Source: an uncultured Verrucomicrobiae bacterium (GTDB taxonomy: Bacteria; Verrucomicrobiota; Verrucomicrobiia; Chthoniobacterales; UBA10450). Taken from it: 64,000 nucleotides of DNA. The DNA lies in the NCBI GenBank assembly GCA_963756875.1, contig CAVWPA010000003.1, positions 672,001 through 736,000 of the forward strand, written 5' to 3'. This document shows positions 61,948 through 64,000 of the stretch, piece after piece. The first letter of the stretch is position 1. Every line of letters begins with the position of its first letter. The notes below the pieces were generated by a model, which saw nothing but the letters and a program-made list of their open reading frames with translations, had not been told where the DNA came from and made no database searches. A program made the position numbers and the translations under genes.

Positions 61948-64000
61948 ATGAAATCCACCAGTCGATTTACCTATTTAAACTCTGTCCTGACAATTTTGAC
62001 TGCGTTCGCCTTGGTCCTGCCTCTTGCAGGTCAGGCGGCGCCCGGCACTCGCGCCGCGCAAGTGGCGAACAAAGCGCCGGCCAACGACGCTGCTTTGCCG
62101 CCGAGCCGGCAAGCGGCTGTGCCCGTAATGGTCGAGATGAACGCTGCTCCCGCCGCCGTCTCCTATGCTGCCGCGCTGAAATCGGCGCAAGCGGCGTTCG
62201 ATGCCAAACGTAGCCAGGCGTTGGCGCATCCAAAAACTAGGAGTTCCAAGCGCGTACTCGCCCAGACTTCTGTGCAAATTAGCTCCAGTGCCGCGAAACA
62301 GATCGCGAACAACGTCCGGCAGCTGGATCAAGCACAAAAAGCGATTCTGTCCTCTCTGACCGGTGGCACGATCCATGGAAAGGTTCTTTTCCGCGCCCAA
62401 CGCGCGTACAACGGCATCGCAATGCTGGTCAGCCCCGATAAGATTGCCGCGATCGCATCGATGCCGGGAGTGAAAGCGGTGCATCCGATGCATCCGAAGT
62501 TTCTTACCGCCGCTTTTTCGGACATCGATTTTCTCGGCGGCCGTTCGTTTTGGACGAAGGCTCCGTTCGGCATTCACGGCGAGAACGTTAAAGTCGCCGA
62601 CATTGATACGGGTTTGGATTACATCCATACGGATTTCGGCGGCCCTGGTTCGTCCGGTTACAGCGTGGTGACCGATCACAGTTCCCCGGGTTCAGTCCCT
62701 AACGCATATTTCCCGACGCCCAAAGTTCCAGGTGGCTACGATTTCGCGGGTGACGCTTACGATGCAAACAACAGTCCTTCTCCCGACCCCGATCCGTTCG
62801 ATTGCAATGGTCACGGCACGGCCACGGCGAGCTTGATTGCCGGTTACGGCGTGACCAACGCGGGCTTCACTTATTCTGGAAGCTACGATGGAAGCAACCC
62901 GATGATGAGCGCGCTGTCGATCAGCCCTGGTTTTGCGCCGGCTGCGAAAATTTATCCATTGCGCGTTTTCGGCTGCGCCGGTGCGACCAACCTGGTCGTC
63001 GAAGCGATCGAATGGTCGATGGACCCGAACGGCGACGGCAATTTTTCCGATCACATGGACGTGGTAAACATGTCCCTCGGTGCGGACGACGGGTATGCCG
63101 ACGATCCCGATGATGTGGCGGCCTCGAACGCGGCATCCATCGGCGTGATCATCTGCTCCGCGGCCGGCAACGCAGGGGACACGTACTATGTGCACAGCAG
63201 CCCGGCAGCTGCCAGCGGCACAATGAGCTGCGCCGCCACGTACAACGATCAAAACGGCTTCATTTACAATGCAAACGTCACGGCCAATGCCCCGGCGGGG
63301 ATTGCCGGCCAAAAATATTTTTCGATTTACGGCTCCGCCAGTCCGGCCGTGGGTGGCGGCGGTCTCACCGGGGACCTCGTTTACGGCGTGCCAAATAACG
63401 CTTTAACCGCATTTACCAACGCCGCGGATATCAGTGGCAAAATCTGTCTGATCGATCGTGGTGCTGTGAGTTTCGTGGACATGATCACGAAGGCGTCCAA
63501 TGCGGGTGCTATCGGCGTTGTCGTGAACAACTTCAATCATCCGGGGGATCCGCCAATCGTCATGGCGACGGGCGGACAGCCGCCAATTCCCGCGGTCATG
63601 ATTTCCAAGACCGATCGCGATACGATCAACACCGCCGCCGGCGGATTTGATGGCACCACTGGAGAACCGACAACTGCGACCAACGTCACGATGAACAATG
63701 ACGCCGGCACTCTCGTTCTGCCTGCCAATGGACCGGGAGCGCTTGCTGGCGCCGGATCGACGGACACGGTTCCTTCCTATACATCGCGTGGACCGCGCCT
63801 CCCTGATACCGCGCTCAAACCGGATATCGCAGCGCCAGCGGAAGTGACCGGCGTTGCCGTGGTCGGATCAGGTAACGGATTTGAAAATTTTAACGGCACT
63901 TCCTCAGCTACGCCGCATGTCGCCGGCTCGATGGCCCTGATTACGCAGATGCATCCGACATGGAGCGTGCAGGAAAGAGAAGCCCTTGCTTGCGAAACAG
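61948..64000 (+). CDS. Secreted S8 subtilase with PA domain (runs off the window end)
   Basis: Translated by hand from ATG 61948: signal peptide, VADIDTGLDY (Asp), NGHGTA (His), SAAGNAG, PA insert GKICLIDRG, KPDIAAP, NGTSSATPHVAG (Ser). Confidence 0.92.
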   Translation, partial: MKSTSRFTYLNSVLTILTAFALVLPLAGQAAPGTRAAQVANKAPANDAALPPSRQAAVPVMVEMNAAPAAVSYAAALKSAQAAFDAKRSQALAHPKTRSSKRVLAQTSVQISSSAAKQIANNVRQLDQAQKAILSSLTGGTIHGKVLFRAQRAYNGIAMLVSPDKIAAIASMPGVKAVHPMHPKFLTAAFSDIDFLGGRSFWTKAPFGIHGENVKVADIDTGLDYIHTDFGGPGSSGYSVVTDHSSPGSVPNAYFPTPKVPGGYDFAGDAYDANNSPSPDPDPFDCNGHGTATASLIAGYGVTNAGFTYSGSYDGSNPMMSALSISPGFAPAAKIYPLRVFGCAGATNLVVEAIEWSMDPNGDGNFSDHMDVVNMSLGADDGYADDPDDVAASNAASIGVIICSAAGNAGDTYYVHSSPAAASGTMSCAATYNDQNGFIYNANVTANAPAGIAGQKYFSIYGSASPAVGGGGLTGDLVYGVPNNALTAFTNAADISGKICLIDRGAVSFVDMITKASNAGAIGVVVNNFNHPGDPPIVMATGGQPPIPAVMISKTDRDTINTAAGGFDGTTGEPTTATNVTMNNDAGTLVLPANGPGALAGAGSTDTVPSYTSRGPRLPDTALKPDIAAPAEVTGVAVVGSGNGFENFNGTSSATPHVAGSMALITQMHPTWSVQEREALACET

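Noticed and set aside
63889..63927. Subtilase GTSS instead of GTSM as a sign of inactivity
   Set aside because: The catalytic Ser, His, Asp and oxyanion Asn are all present; only the residue after Ser differs

Overview
GC-rich bacterial chromosome segment made up mostly of housekeeping and envelope genes: pbpC with alpha-2-macroglobulin, tRNA-Thr, trpC, pal, thiD, rnc, purD, tolQRAB, lgt, a double-length uvrA, GTP-type PEPCK, mazG, secG, an RND efflux system with a two-component system and porin, kbl/tdh, cdsA-dxr-rseP-ispG, a DUF6600-like secreted protein with a long Gly/Lys/Gln tail, and a subtilase. The double-length UvrA and long-form IspG suggest a PVC-superphylum organism, probably Verrucomicrobia (inference). 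The most striking feature is more than 25 short palindromic elements. These include REP/REPIN-like doublets headed by GTAG/GGAG, heptamer-built inverted repeats and a 30-bp mini-element. Many sit in frame inside conserved genes: seven in uvrA, two in ispG, and others in dxr, pbpC, a metallo-hydrolase and probably tolB. Some are nested inside one another, and their stems show compensatory changes. No mobilising transposase is visible in the window. Seven apparent small indels split six genes and look like long-read consensus errors.
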